Assembly (NCBI RefSeq): GCF_009834535.1
Contig: NC_045696.1
Span: 41,046,001 to 41,110,000, forward strand
Reading direction: 5' to 3'
DNA length: 64,000 nucleotides
Origin: Camelus ferus
Taxonomy: Eukaryota
Shown one piece after another: positions 39,680 through 52,128 of this stretch; position 1 is the first letter of the stretch; each line of letters begins with the position of its first letter. The position numbers and the translations under genes are program-made. The notes under the pieces were generated by a model. The model saw nothing but the letters and a program-made list of their open reading frames with translations. It was not told the origin of the DNA and did no database searches.

Positions 39680-40365
39680 GTAAGTTAGTGATTTTTGTTC
39701 ATGAAAGTTCTATTTTTCAGTATATAATCATCAAGACTTGATAGTACTGAACTTTAAACTCAAAGGGGTATTTCATTCCTTAGCATTCCACAAAACAGGG
39801 TAATGTGGCAGAAAATTATCTGCAAACACAAACATTCCCAATAAAAAGAATACATACTGATTTATTGTTAGAGTATTTAAACAGTGTCTCTACTATGCTT
39901 CTAACCTATGTATCACCCTTCAACACACTCTTCTGTGCCTCCAACTCTTTGCATTTGCTGTTTTCTTTTCCAGATGGTTTTCACCACACCCGCAGCGAGC
40001 TCTCTGTTTGCTCCTGTGTACATCATGTATAGCACTTCCTAGGTGTGGTGTCATTTTTGACCAACATGTATATCTCATATTAAATTTGAATACCTGATTA
40101 ATTTGGCATTTACTCTAATATTTATAAAAGTGAGATTCCGTTGAATGATACATGTGTTTCACGTTGGGTGAGGAGCAATATAACAGATTGATAAGAACCC
40201 ATATTCCTAGGTCTGCTGCTTGTCAGCTATATGACTTTGGGCAAATTATTTAACCACATTAAGTATCAGTTTTGTTGTTAGCAAAATGGAGATAATAATA
40301 GTACCTTAATGTTTAAACGGCCTAGGACTTAATAAGAGCTCAGTGAAGATTCTTCTTCTTCTTGT

Positions 40366-42136
40366 GCTTTTCTTTTCTTTTTCTTTTTGGTTCCTGTGAT
40401 AGATTTCTTTTTGAAGTACAACTGACATACAACATTATACTAATTTTAGGTGTACAACATAATGATTCAATTTTGTATACATTGCCAAATGACCACCACA
40501 GTAAGTCTAGTTACCACACAAAGTAACAAATAATTTTTCTTGTAATGAGAACTTTCAAGATTTACTTTCTTAGCAACTTACAAATTTGTAATACAATATT
40601 ACTGATTATTGTCACCATGCTGTATATAACATCCCCATGACTTACTTATTTTATAACTGGAAGTGTGTAACTTCTTGATCCTCTTCACCCATTTTGCCTA
40701 CTTCCCCTGACTCTGGTGACCACTAGTCTCTTCCCTGTATCTATGTGTTTTATTTCGTTTTCATTTTGTCTGTTCATTTGTTTTTTAGATTCTGCATATG
40801 AGTGAAATCATATGGTATTTGTCTTTCTCTGTCTAACTTATATCACTTTGCATAATACTTGAGGGTATTACGCAAAGTGATATGTTAGACAGAGAAAGAC
40901 AAATACCTATTTCATTTTTATGGCCGAGTAGTATTCCATTACATATATTTAAACACAAATGTTTTTTATGGCTGAGTAGTATTCCATTACATATATATAA
41001 ATATAAGCAAAACATCTCTTTTATTCATTTATCCATTGTTAGACATTTAGATTGTTTCCATATCTTGGTTATTATAAACATGCTGCAATGAACCTAGGGG
41101 TGTCTATATCTTTTTGAATGTGTGTTCATTTTCTTCAGATAAATACCCAGAAGTGGAATTACTGGATTTTTGATAGTTCTATTTTTAATTTTTTGAGGAA
41201 CCTCCATGATGTTTTCCATAGTGTTGGAAATTCACATTTCCAACAACAGTGCGTGAGGGTTCTCTTTTCTTCATATCCTCACCAGTACTTGTTATTTCTT
41301 GTCCTTTCAACAGTAGCCATTCTGTAGGTGTAAAGTGATATCTTATTAGGGTTTTGGTTTGCATTTCCCTAATGATTAGTGATATCAAGCATCTTTTTAT
41401 GTGCCTTTTAGTCATTGGTATATTTTCTTTGGAAAAATGTCTATTCAAATTCTCTGCCTATTTTTAAACTGGAATGTTTTTGTTGTTGTTGTTGTTGGGC
41501 TGTAAGAGTTCTTTATATGTTTTGGATATTAATCTTTTATCAGATATGAGTTAGGAATATCTTCTCCCATTCACTAAGTTTCCTTTTTATTTTTTTGATG
41601 GTTTCCTTCACTGTGCAGTAGCTTTCTAGTTTGATGTAGTCCCATTTGTTTCCTTTTGTTGACATTGCCTTTGGACTCAGATCCAAAAATATCACTAAGA
41701 GCCATGTCAAGGAGCTTACCACCTATGTTTTCTTATAGGATTTTTATGAATCTGGATGTAAGCCCTGTTGGTTTTCAAAGCCAGATGTTTGGGGGGGCTT
41801 ACCAGTGCAGGTCCCAAGGGTCAGGGTGCCAGATGTAGGGCACAAAATTCTTGCTCCTCTGGGAGAAGCTCTTCATCTACAAGATCCCTTCTGATTGTGG
41901 GGCTCCACACCAGGGGTAGGGTTTTTGGCAAGACTGTCTCTTCCTCTTTTACCTATCTTGATGTAGACCTTTTGTCCTTTGTTTTGGAGGAGCTGTTTAG
42001 CTAGTTCTTAGGTCTTTTTCATAGGGAATGGTTCCATATGTAGCTGTAGATTTGTTGTGTCCATGGGGGGAGGCGAATTCAGGATCTTCCTGTGCTGCTG
42101 TCTGAACCACCTCCCCCACCCACCTTTGTTCATTTT
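40366..42136 (-). mobile_element. Internally deleted L1 (5'UTR start fused to distal ORF2 plus L1MA9-like 3'UTR), flanked by a 17-bp direct repeat
   Basis: Minus-strand ORF2 peptides ([32 protein letters not shown]). 5'UTR segment ~41750-42120. Direct repeat attcttcttcttcttgt at 40349-40365 and 42137-42153. Confidence 0.75.
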
Positions 42137-45100
42137 ATTCTTCTTCTTCTTGTTCTCCTCCTCCTTTTGTATCAAAAAATGCATAAAGTATAGACCCTAT
42201 GTGGAGAGACAATTTAAATACAATACGCTAAATGGAAATAGTATAAGAAGAGAACACTGTCAGAGCCCAGACCACCTCCTCACAGTTGAGAATTAAGCTG
42301 CAGCTTGAAGGATGAATAGGAATAGAAAAGAGTGCGCATGGTTCCTTATTATTTCCATCAGCATGGTAGTTAATGGCGAAGTACAGTTAGCCTGGCTGGT
42401 CCCAACTACTAGTCATGCAGGCTCCAGCACCTAATCCTTCAGGGTTTGGCATTGATTGAAATGTTCTCTATCTTCAGTCTTCATGTTGGTGTCCATGAGC
42501 TATGTGTGGTTACTGAGCACATTAATTTTAGTTAATTTTAATATCCATATATGCATAGTGACTACCATATTGGACAGTACACATCTAGCAGTTTCTCTAG
42601 ATCTCTAAATTGCAGGAGCTCCTTCTAGGCCCAGTGGGGTCTCAGCCTCTGCCCAGATTTGCTTTCTACTGCTCTCTCTAGACGTTTGCCCCAGGACACC
42701 TCTCCCGCTTTGTGCTTCTTTGAGCTTCACGGCTGAAGTAGCTTTGGTGCCATGTCTCTGAGTGAGGAAGCCATTTCCTCATCTAGCTCCCAAGTGTCTC
42801 TGGTAGGCCTCGGGGCGGCCCACTTTGATCTGTAGTTACCTCCCTTTAGAGGTCTAAGTGCTACAGGTGCTGGGAAATTCTACCTTCTCACTCACTGGTT
42901 TCTATTAGTCCCTTCCCCTGAAGCATGAGCGTGAGCTGGTTGTCAGGGCTGGCTCTGCCATTGAGTGAAACTTGGCTTCTTCCTCTTTTGTTCTAGGCTG
43001 ACTTCTGGGCCTCATCTCTTTAGGGGCTGGGCAGCCTCCAAGAACAATGGCAGCATTCAAGGAACCTCGCTACCTCCTGTCAGCTCCCTTCCAGAGCCAG
43101 AAGAAGACTACTGTCTCTTCCTGTTTCAAAAACCTTCAGACCCTTAATGAATCTCCTGCCCACTTCCAGTTTTCTAGAAACCAGACACTCCATGTTTAGT
43201 TCTGCCAAACCCCCATCCTTCCTCAGCACCTTTAACGTTTTGACCATGTCGTTGCCTCTACCTGACGTATCCGAATTACGTGATCATCTCTTCTCTGAAC
43301 ACTTCTGTGATTATTCTAGCCTTTGCTTAGCTCCCTTCATGAGTTTTTGCAGTCTCCACCACACATTTTAACAGTCGTGATCTATCTTGTGATGTTTACA
43401 GTTAGCTCAGGTTATGCTTATCTGCTAACTAGATTGTGTCACTTGGAGGAAAAGACCTTTTTCACATTCCTCACGGTCCTTGGCATACTGTCAAACATAT
43501 ATTAGGTACCCAATAAACATTTATTTGCTGTTTTGATAGATCTGTTACAGAGCTACTCAGATATAGGCTTTATTTGTTTAGAAATCATGTTTTGTATGCT
43601 TTTCGGGCTTGCTCTCATTTTGCTTTCAAAATATAAGATGCAAGAGCTCATGTTGGTGATATATTTTGATAGAAACTTAAGCAATACCTTAAAAAAATGA
43701 AGATTTGGTACTGACTTTCAGTGAGGTCACAGGCAGGATAATTCAATCCTGTAATCATGAAGAGCTCTGAAACCCTGTTTGCCAGGGTTTGAATGTGAAG
43801 TGGTTTCTAACTCAGTCACAGGTGATGGGTTTTGAGGACATTATATCAGAACTTGTTTGACAGGGCACAGAGATCACTATGGCAACAAAACTGGGTTATG
43901 GAACTACTGCCCCTGAAATCTCTGACAAATGAAACTACGCCTCCCAGCTTTCCAGAATAATGGTTCCAAGATTGCTTCATCTAGTTCCATGCCTGCAGTT
44001 CTCATTATGACAGCTCATAGGACAGACCTAGCTGTTTGGAAATCTTATGTGTCTTAGTGTATTTCATATTTAAACACCACTGTTGTGTAGAACTGTTCTA
44101 AAAGCCCCACTCTATAGATAGAGAAATATTGCCCATTTTCAGGTTGGTTTTCCAAGCAATGATTCATGTGAGCCGTTCTGAAGAACAAAACAGTTTGATT
44201 TCCAGATAGACTCTGGAAGGAGACCCAGCCTCTCAGCTCAGCTCTCATATTAATTGAAGAGAACACCTAGGAGCAAAAGACCAGATACATCCTGACCTTA
44301 GTTCCCTGGACTTGCGTCATTCTGGGAACTAGCAATTGTTTGCACTTCCTCTTTATTACTCCATCCCTCAGTCTGTCCCCAGTTGCCATTTCTGCGTGTG
44401 TCAATATCGAGGGCTTCAGGGTGCGGATAGAGCCTGCATATGCCGTAGCTTCATGGCTCGTAGCAACAGCAGATACAACCCAGCAAGGGGGAGTGGGAAA
44501 CAGGAGGAGCCAGTAGGGTCTGTGTTGGTGATTAATTTGCGATTAAGTAGCCAATCCTTTGTGTTATATTCCACAAGGTCATCAGGAATGAATCTAATGG
44601 ATGAATTAACTAGTTAATCCCTTTCATTTAGCACATATTCAGGCTGTGCAATGTGGAATTAACTGTGTGTATTTAAAAAATGACATGCTGTCCTAGTTAT
44701 CAGTGTATTTAGGACTATTAGCCTTTGGTGAGAATGGTGCCTTGAAGAGTTGAGGACATTGAGAGCAACATTAGTGGTCCAATGAGCGGCTTTTCTTGGC
44801 TCTTGATGAGTCAATGGATGATATGGATCCTGCTTAGCTGTTGTTGTCTGTGGGAGGAATTAGTGCTGAGTTTGAAGTGATTGAAGAATTACCTCTGAAT
44901 AGATGAGTGATCTGAACTCCTGGCCGATTACGCCTTAGGCCCTTAACTCATCAAATGTGTGGTGAGCCATGACTATGTTCCAGACGTTGTCCTAGATTCT
45001 GGCTATGGTGAGGGCAGTAGGATGAAGTCTCTGCTCTCATGAAGCCTATACCCTAGTGGGATTCAAAGCACAAGTAAAAGCTTTGCATATTGAGAGGGGC

Positions 45101-45432
45101 AGGCCAGACCTTCACTGGAAGAAGAGAGTCAGAAACTAAGTGTAAAGATGCAGATTGGCTGGTGACATTTTTTCATACAACGAGAATGCTTTTGATGATT
45201 TGGTTTATCCGTTTGCTTAAGTATTTCTATGTATTTCTTGAAGTCAACTGTGTCTTATCAATATGGTCACAGCACGATGTCGTTACAAATAATCATGCAC
45301 AGGAAATCTTTGCCTAATTCTTATTACATCAGAGATGTGGAGAGCCTGCTAAGTTTTGGCTGCTAAGAAGCTTCATATCTTCTAATGTCGAAAATTATCA
45401 TTGCCACTTCTCCCAAACCTACAAATTCTCTT

Positions 45433-45545
45433 TTTTTAGGTTTGTTTATTTATTTATTTATAATGGACGTACTGGGGATTGAACTCAGGACCTTGTGAAG
45501 GCTAAGCATGTGCTCTACCACTGAGCTAGACCCTCCCCCCAGCCT
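45433..45545 (-). mobile_element. Camelid Vic-1-type SINE in the TMEM45A last intron
   Basis: Reverse-complement A and B boxes. ~20-bp TSD ccaaacctaca(a/g)attctctt at 45413-45432 and 45546-45565. Confidence 0.88.
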
Positions 45546-46100
45546 CCAAACCTACAGATTCTCTTAATCTATGAAAACAGTCACAAGAGTGGAGGTCATT
45601 TCTCTCAACTTCTTAATTCATCATGGACCATCGCACACAGCTGAGCAGCCTGTGGCCAGCACAAAAGCACCCCTCTGGAGTGGGGGCTGCAGCCCAGCCC
45701 AGACTGGACAGCAGGCTTACATGGACAGATGCCTTCATGCACATCCCTTACAGGAGAGGGCTCCTTTTTGTAATATACAGCTGAGCTTGGTTTCCTCTGG
45801 GCTTGCTTGAAGCCCAGAGATTCTCTTATTTGTTTTAGAAATGATTAAAGTTATACATTATGAATATGATGTAGACAGTCATGTTATACACGTAAGAGCT
45901 ATATTGTATCTTTTTGCTTATACACTGCTGTAATCCACAAAACATTTCCAGGTAACTCCAAAGCCAAATAAAAGTGATTTTATTTTGGGGAGGTGTCTCT
46001 TCCATTTGCACAGGTAATTTAGAGTTTGTTGTATTATAGATACATATTGTTTTGGGTCCTTTGCAACAGCATAATACGAGATGCCTTTCATTCTCCTCAG

Positions 46101-46194
46101 GTTGGTTAAATCTCGACTTAAGAGGTCCTGCCCCTCAGAAATTGGACTCCTGAAAAATGCAGAACAAGAACAAGAGTCAGAAGAAGAGATGTGA
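46101..46194 (+). CDS. TMEM45A: TMEM45A-family last coding exon (W-LVKSRLKRSCPSEIGLLKNAEQEQESEEEM*)
   Basis: ttctcctcag| acceptor, TGA at 46192-46194. Exon lengths 190+213+185+146+94=828 nt give 275 aa plus stop with no frameshift. The acidic ESEEEM C-terminus is typical of TMEM45A. Not in the ORF track because it is short. Confidence 0.95.
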
Positions 46195-49100
46195 TTTTGA
46201 TGGTTGTCTAGTCTTTCTGGATGGAATTTTTCTTTTTTCCAATCACTTTTAATCATGATTTTTGTTATTTCACCTTTTGTTTGGAGGACAACTGATTACA
46301 AATAATTCTTGGTGTACTGTTTGTATTTCCAATGTTGTTGAAGTATTTGAATTTAAATGTTTTATTTTTAGGGTTGAAAATACTTTGGATGATAAATTCA
46401 CTTTGTGCATCAGCCCTGGTGCAGTGGCTCTTCCCAGGTCATCTCAAGTTGGATGCCCTCATTACGAAAAATACTTGTTTTATTTGCCTTATAGATGTAT
46501 CTGCTCAAGTTTCCTGGGCTTGCTACTATTTGTAACTCTTAAAAATGGATTTACACTCGTCTGTATTGTTGCCGCAATGAGAAATTAATGAATGTACAGG
46601 TCTTGGTTCAAACACCTCAGATATCTATTTTGTTATTCAACTGTGCTCTGCCTTTGCGTCAGAAAGAAGCTTTGTGATACTGAAGTCCCTGTTTGTGAGC
46701 CGTCTCTTTCTGTGGCACTGCTTTCTCTCCTGGGAAAAGTGAACCGGTTGTCATCCTGAGTCGTGCACTCATTCAGAGATGTGTGGGCTGATCCATGGCT
46801 GCAAAAGGACACACGGTGGCAGAGCCCTGAGAATTTGGGAAAGGAGAGTAAGGATGTTATCCATGGAGTAAAAAGTCATCACACAGCATAGTATGGCCAC
46901 CATGCCATCCCCTCTGCTGAAATAATGGAAGGGTTAAAATAAGGAAACACCCTTTAGGGAATTTCTGGGTGAAAATTCAGAGCCTTTACCTTACCTCGTC
47001 TGCTGTGGACTAAGTAGTCCCAGTTGAAGAGTCAAGTCTTGTTTCTAATTCTGGCTCTCTCATTAACCAGCCTCTGGGGATTCACCATTTACCCTGTCCC
47101 TCTTTCTGAAGTTAGGGGATTGAGTTGGAGGAATCATGGGGCCCTCTCTGGCTGTTACGTTTTAGGAATCTAGAATCTCTGAGATGAAACTGAAGCTAAT
47201 TTAGTAGGATGTTAGTCAGAAAGGCCAGTCCTTGCTGTGACGGAAGAGGTAAGGAGGGCTGTGGGAGCTTGTGATGGTTGACTTGCACATGGAGGAAAAG
47301 AGGCAGTCTAGAGGGTAGTAGGTAGCTGGAGGTGATGCATGGGCAATTAAAACCTGAAGCTCCCTGGCATTCCAGAAGCACTGACAAATCCAGGAGTGTG
47401 GTCTTATCACGTGCCATTGAAAAGGAGGGTGAGTGGATTCTTTAGACCAAAGAACTGGGCCCATTCCTGTTTTGGTGTCAGGATTGGAAAGAACTGATAG
47501 AAAGGTTAATCTTGAACCATGCAGTAGACCTTAGTGTCTTTCTTAGTGTGTTTCTGAACTGTGAGATGCTCACATGCCACGGTCGCCAGGTGATCATGGC
47601 AGTCTGCTCATGTGTGTGCTATGTCTTAGGGTTTTTTCCTAGTCTAGCAAGTTTCTGTGATTTTGACATGTTTGTATTTCAAAAGGGAGAGCTGTCAGCG
47701 GCAGGTACATGAAAATGGCATTGCGGATATCTCGGCCTGAGCAGGAACTCTAAGAGTAATTAGTTTGAACCAGATTAAGGACAGAATTTTGAAAACTGTG
47801 TAAATGCAAATATTCTGGCAGCCTTTATGACAGAGCAGAAACATCCATTCCTCCAGTCTCTCCACAGAGAGAATACAAGTGAGAGGCACCCTCGTAAGTT
47901 CTCAGAGGAGGAACTTTTGGTTCGGGTCCAAGTCTACAGTTTGGGGCTGGCTGCCTCTAGTCCCTGCAGTAAGCAATATGTTGAACACCATTATTAGAAA
48001 TTTATAGTAGCCTTCACCAAGGAAGGGGCAGGAGGAGGGCACCCTCCCTTACTTTCGTTCGTATTTTATCTCAACTCTTCTAACAACCTAGGGTCTCAAA
48101 TCCTGAGCTTTTGCCAGACCACTTCATGGATATCCCATGCTTTATTTCTCATACCAAAGTAAAGAAACTCTTTAAATAACTCAGCATGATATAAACATTG
48201 GCTGTTGCTGTGGTTCTAGCTCCTCGGTGATTTCTGTAATCTCTCAAACCCTTTGCTTGAGAAACTGCAGCCTCTAATTGCACTGACTTCCAGCTCACTG
48301 TTGAAAGGGGAGATCAGGTTATGACCATCTTGGTGTCCTCCTCATCATTAAGTCATCAGGGTGGGGTGAGGGGTCATTTATAGAGTTGTATTGATTATAT
48401 CTTGGATGTGGATTAATAAGGTGGTGCAGGAGTCCCTGGGGACTACAGGAACATTTTGAAAAGCTGAGAAGTGAGAATCCTCCCCAATACAAGGAATCAA
48501 TAGATAAAAAAGTATGAAGGAGAAGTTTGTGCACATGGGGAAGAGATCCGGAAATTCTATATGCTGTCTAATGTGAACTCTGGATGGAGAAAACTGAGAG
48601 CCTGCAGGGCATACATGAAATAGTAGAAAAGAATTGACCCTAAATAAATGGCGATTAAGGAAGATTTTTGCCTTAAGCTTGGAGGAGTGCTTCAAGAGAT
48701 GTGCAGTGAAGAGAGTGACTGGGTTTCTGATCTAAGCCAGTAAAAATGAAAAAAGTAAGCCATTTTTATACTTGTAAGTTCAGTGTATGAAATTATCACT
48801 CTATTTTTAAGTCTGGCCAATTTTAGCACTCAATTTTAAGGAGACTTTAATGTTTGCATACAGTTTTACACTTAGATATCTAGATTTCCCTTTAAACATC
48901 TGAAACTGTATTTATGAATTTTTATATTCTTCTTAAGAACTTGAATTAACTGAGAAATCATCTCAACTTATTAAGTTATTATTAACAAAATTGAATTTAT
49001 TAAACTTACAAATGTGGTGAAACTTAAGTTTCCTTAAATGTTCCAATACTGTGTAAACTTATAGTTCAACCTAAACTCACAAGTGTAAATTTGTTAGGCT

Positions 49101-49393
49101 ATTGCACATTTAGAAATTGAACTTATAAGACTAATCTGCATAGATAAATTATTTTTAAAATTATAAATACCTAAAATGCTACACATGCACAATTCCTTAA
49201 CACACAAATTTGATTTGTGTGTTATGATTTTGATGCTCTTAAACATTTCTGTTCTTAACTTCAAAGTCTTTCCATGGTAAAATAGGCTTACTGTTAATTA
49301 AGGAAATGATTCATTTATGACAGGCAATGTCAGGGAACATCCAGCTTGCTTGTTGAAATATTGGAATCTGATATTGAATGGGACAGGATTCTT

Positions 49394-49717
49394 TTTTTAA
49401 TTCTTATTTTTTTATTGAAATGTAGTTGATTTACAATGCTAGTTTCAGGTGTGTGGCACAGCAATTCAGTTATACATACATATATATATATTCAGTTTCT
49501 TTTCCATTACAGCTCATTACAAGAAATTGAATACAGTTCCCTGTGCTATACAGTAGGTCCTTGTTGTTTATCTATTTTATGTACAGTAATGTGTATCTGT
49601 CAATCCCAAACTCCCAATCTATCCCTCCTTCCCTCTTCCCACCCCTCCCCCCACCCACCAGTAGCCACAGTTTGTTTCCTATGTCTGTGAGTCTATCTCT
49701 GGTTTGTAAATAAAATT
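49394..49717 (-). mobile_element. 5'-truncated young L1 3' end
   Basis: Perfect 15-bp TSD tgggacaggattctt at 49379-49393 and 49718-49732, T-rich tail at the left, same 3'UTR family as other copies. Confidence 0.88.
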
Positions 49718-51334
49718 TGGGACAGGATTCTTGACAGTGAACCTCATGGCACCTGCTGAATCCTGTTATAGTCACTACATCAGACACTCCACACAGGCTG
49801 CCTCTCAGTCTTCCATAGCACAGAGAAGGTGCCTTTCCCAGCTGAAGTCATACTTAAAATTATCTGTCTTTTCTGCCTACTCCTGAAAATCTGCAACCCC
49901 CACCCAGGCTGTCATGTCATTTAATGGGATTTCATTATTCTTTAGCTCTGAAGATACTGAATATATTTCCTTCTAAGTGTACAGACTTCTGAACTTGATG
50001 TAATCCTGCACTTATCCCCCTCCATGTATTTCCTATCTGGTGAGACTATCCAATTTTTACAGATATCAAGGTGATAATCCTACTACATTCTAGGTCACTC
50101 TCTTTTAAAGCTAATTCAGTAGCTCTGAGACTGGCTATCAGTGTCTCTCAGCCTTTAGCCCCTTGAAGCAGGGGCAGCACATCCTCGTTCAGTGCTGGTA
50201 CGGGCCGTGGGAGGAATCACTATGACTAATGTGAAATGTTAAAAAGGAGGCGAGAAAGTTCCTCTCATCTGGTTCCTCTCATGAACTTGAGCTGTTCTGC
50301 CTGTTTTCAAATGTCCTAAAGGGAGGATTAAAGCTTTTTAGAAGCTGGGCATGGTGCCCAATATAATAGATTTGTGTCTGAAGCCAAAACACACACAGGC
50401 TGTAAAACGCAGGAATAAGCTCGGCCAAGTAATCAGAGGGCTTAGCGACCGAGGATGGGGCAACTGTCTTGTCTGCTCGGAAACCGACTCAGGTTTACTT
50501 GGTCTCACTATGAAAGTTTACATTGATTAGCATCATACTTGAATACAGTAAAGTCGCTCTGAGTGTAATTCAGTGTGTCTCATATTATCCAATTCAGCTC
50601 TTGTGCGAATCAGGCTGACTTGTTCTCTGTTCCCTAAAACTTGTTTCTTTTAATTTCCATAGCTTCATCTTATTAATCACCCTCCCTTCCCTCCTCCTCC
50701 TTGCAGCTTAACTTCTGGAGATTCTTTAAGGCCCAGTTCAAAGTGTTCTTTTCCCACTGTGCTCAACCCACTCTCATCTGTCTATAAATTCTTATAGCAC
50801 GGAGCCCAGAGCAACATTGGATCATATGCTGTTCAGTCCTCTAATTGTGTCTCCTCATAAACTCTCCCTTCTTACCATATTATAATCCCCGAAAGACAAC
50901 CATACTACTTTCATCTCTATTATAGCACCTAAGGAATCTTTCTCAATCTTTAGCATTGAAAGGGGAGCTATAGGAGTAGAAATAAGAGAGAAAAATCAAG
51001 GGAAGATATTATTCAGAGAAAAATAGGTCCAAAAGATTATCTCTAGGTGAGCTTTCTGAGACCAGAGAGTTAGTGACTTGTCCAATCATGCTGCCAGTTA
51101 GTGGCCAAGCCCATGATGGGATATAAATCTCCTGATGCCAGAAGAGAGGGCTCTTTCCACTTCAGAGGCTACATGACTGCACAGTGAATGGCTCTGTTCC
51201 TTCCTAGAGGCACCCGCCTTATTCCTAAGACCATCTGTCCCCCAGCCCTGCTCCCCACACAGAAGTCCCATTCAGAGGAAGAGACTTTGGCTTCTGTTGG
51301 AATATCTCTGGTGATTTGAGTCTGATCAGAAACT

Positions 51335-51740
51335 ATCTTAGTCAGTTTGGGCTACTATAATAGAGCACAATGGACGTTTTAGATAGATATAATAATAGAT
51401 ATATTTGTGATATGATATATAGATAGATTCAGGTATAATAGATATAATAGAACATAAACTGGGTGACTTAAACAACAAATGCTTATTCTCACAGTTCTGG
51501 AGTCTGGGAAGTCCAAGCTTAAGGTGCCAGCAGCTCTGGTGTCTGGTAAAGGCCCACTTCCTGGTGGGAGGGACAGGTTGTCTCCCTCCAGCTTCTTTTT
51601 TATAAGGGCATTAATCTCATCACGAGGGCTCCGCCCTGATGACCTGATTGCCTCCCAAAGGCCTCACTTCCAAATACCATCACACTAAAGATTAGAGCTT
51701 CAACACATGAATTTAGAGGGGACACAAACATTCAGTCCAG
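51335..51740 (-). mobile_element. MLT1A-like LTR with an internal (GATA/TA)-rich tract
   Basis: ttagtcagtttgggctactataa...ctcacagttctggagtctgggaagtccaag...ggggacacaaacattcagtcca. Confidence 0.75.
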
Positions 51741-52128
51741 AGCAGAGACCCAGAAGAGGAATCACCAGGACAGGGATGACCGGGACACTCCATTCTTGCC
51801 AGTGTAGGATACCTTCCCCATTCCCCTTCCCCCAAGAAATGTGTGGAAATTTACCTCATATCCAATGTGCTTACATTGTGGGTGAACGGCTGAGTACTGA
51901 AGATACTGCAGCAAAATAGGCTTAACAGCAGGAAAAACAACAGCAGTGCTGCTACCCTCTAGTGGCAGAGCATGGAAACACAACTCATAAGCCAAAGTAC
52001 CAGTTTCACATCCTAAAAGAAGTTTCCTTAACGCAAATAACTAGTCAGACCACAAGCATTGTTAGAGGTAGAGTTTGGGTTATTATTTTTTTAATCTTAG
52101 ATTTTAATTTATTAGTATTCTAATCCAT

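Noticed and set aside
49198..49224. 12-bp perfect inverted repeat (also a 9-bp one at 17530-17552)
   Set aside because: Short, in AT-rich or repeat-derived DNA, with no other support for function.
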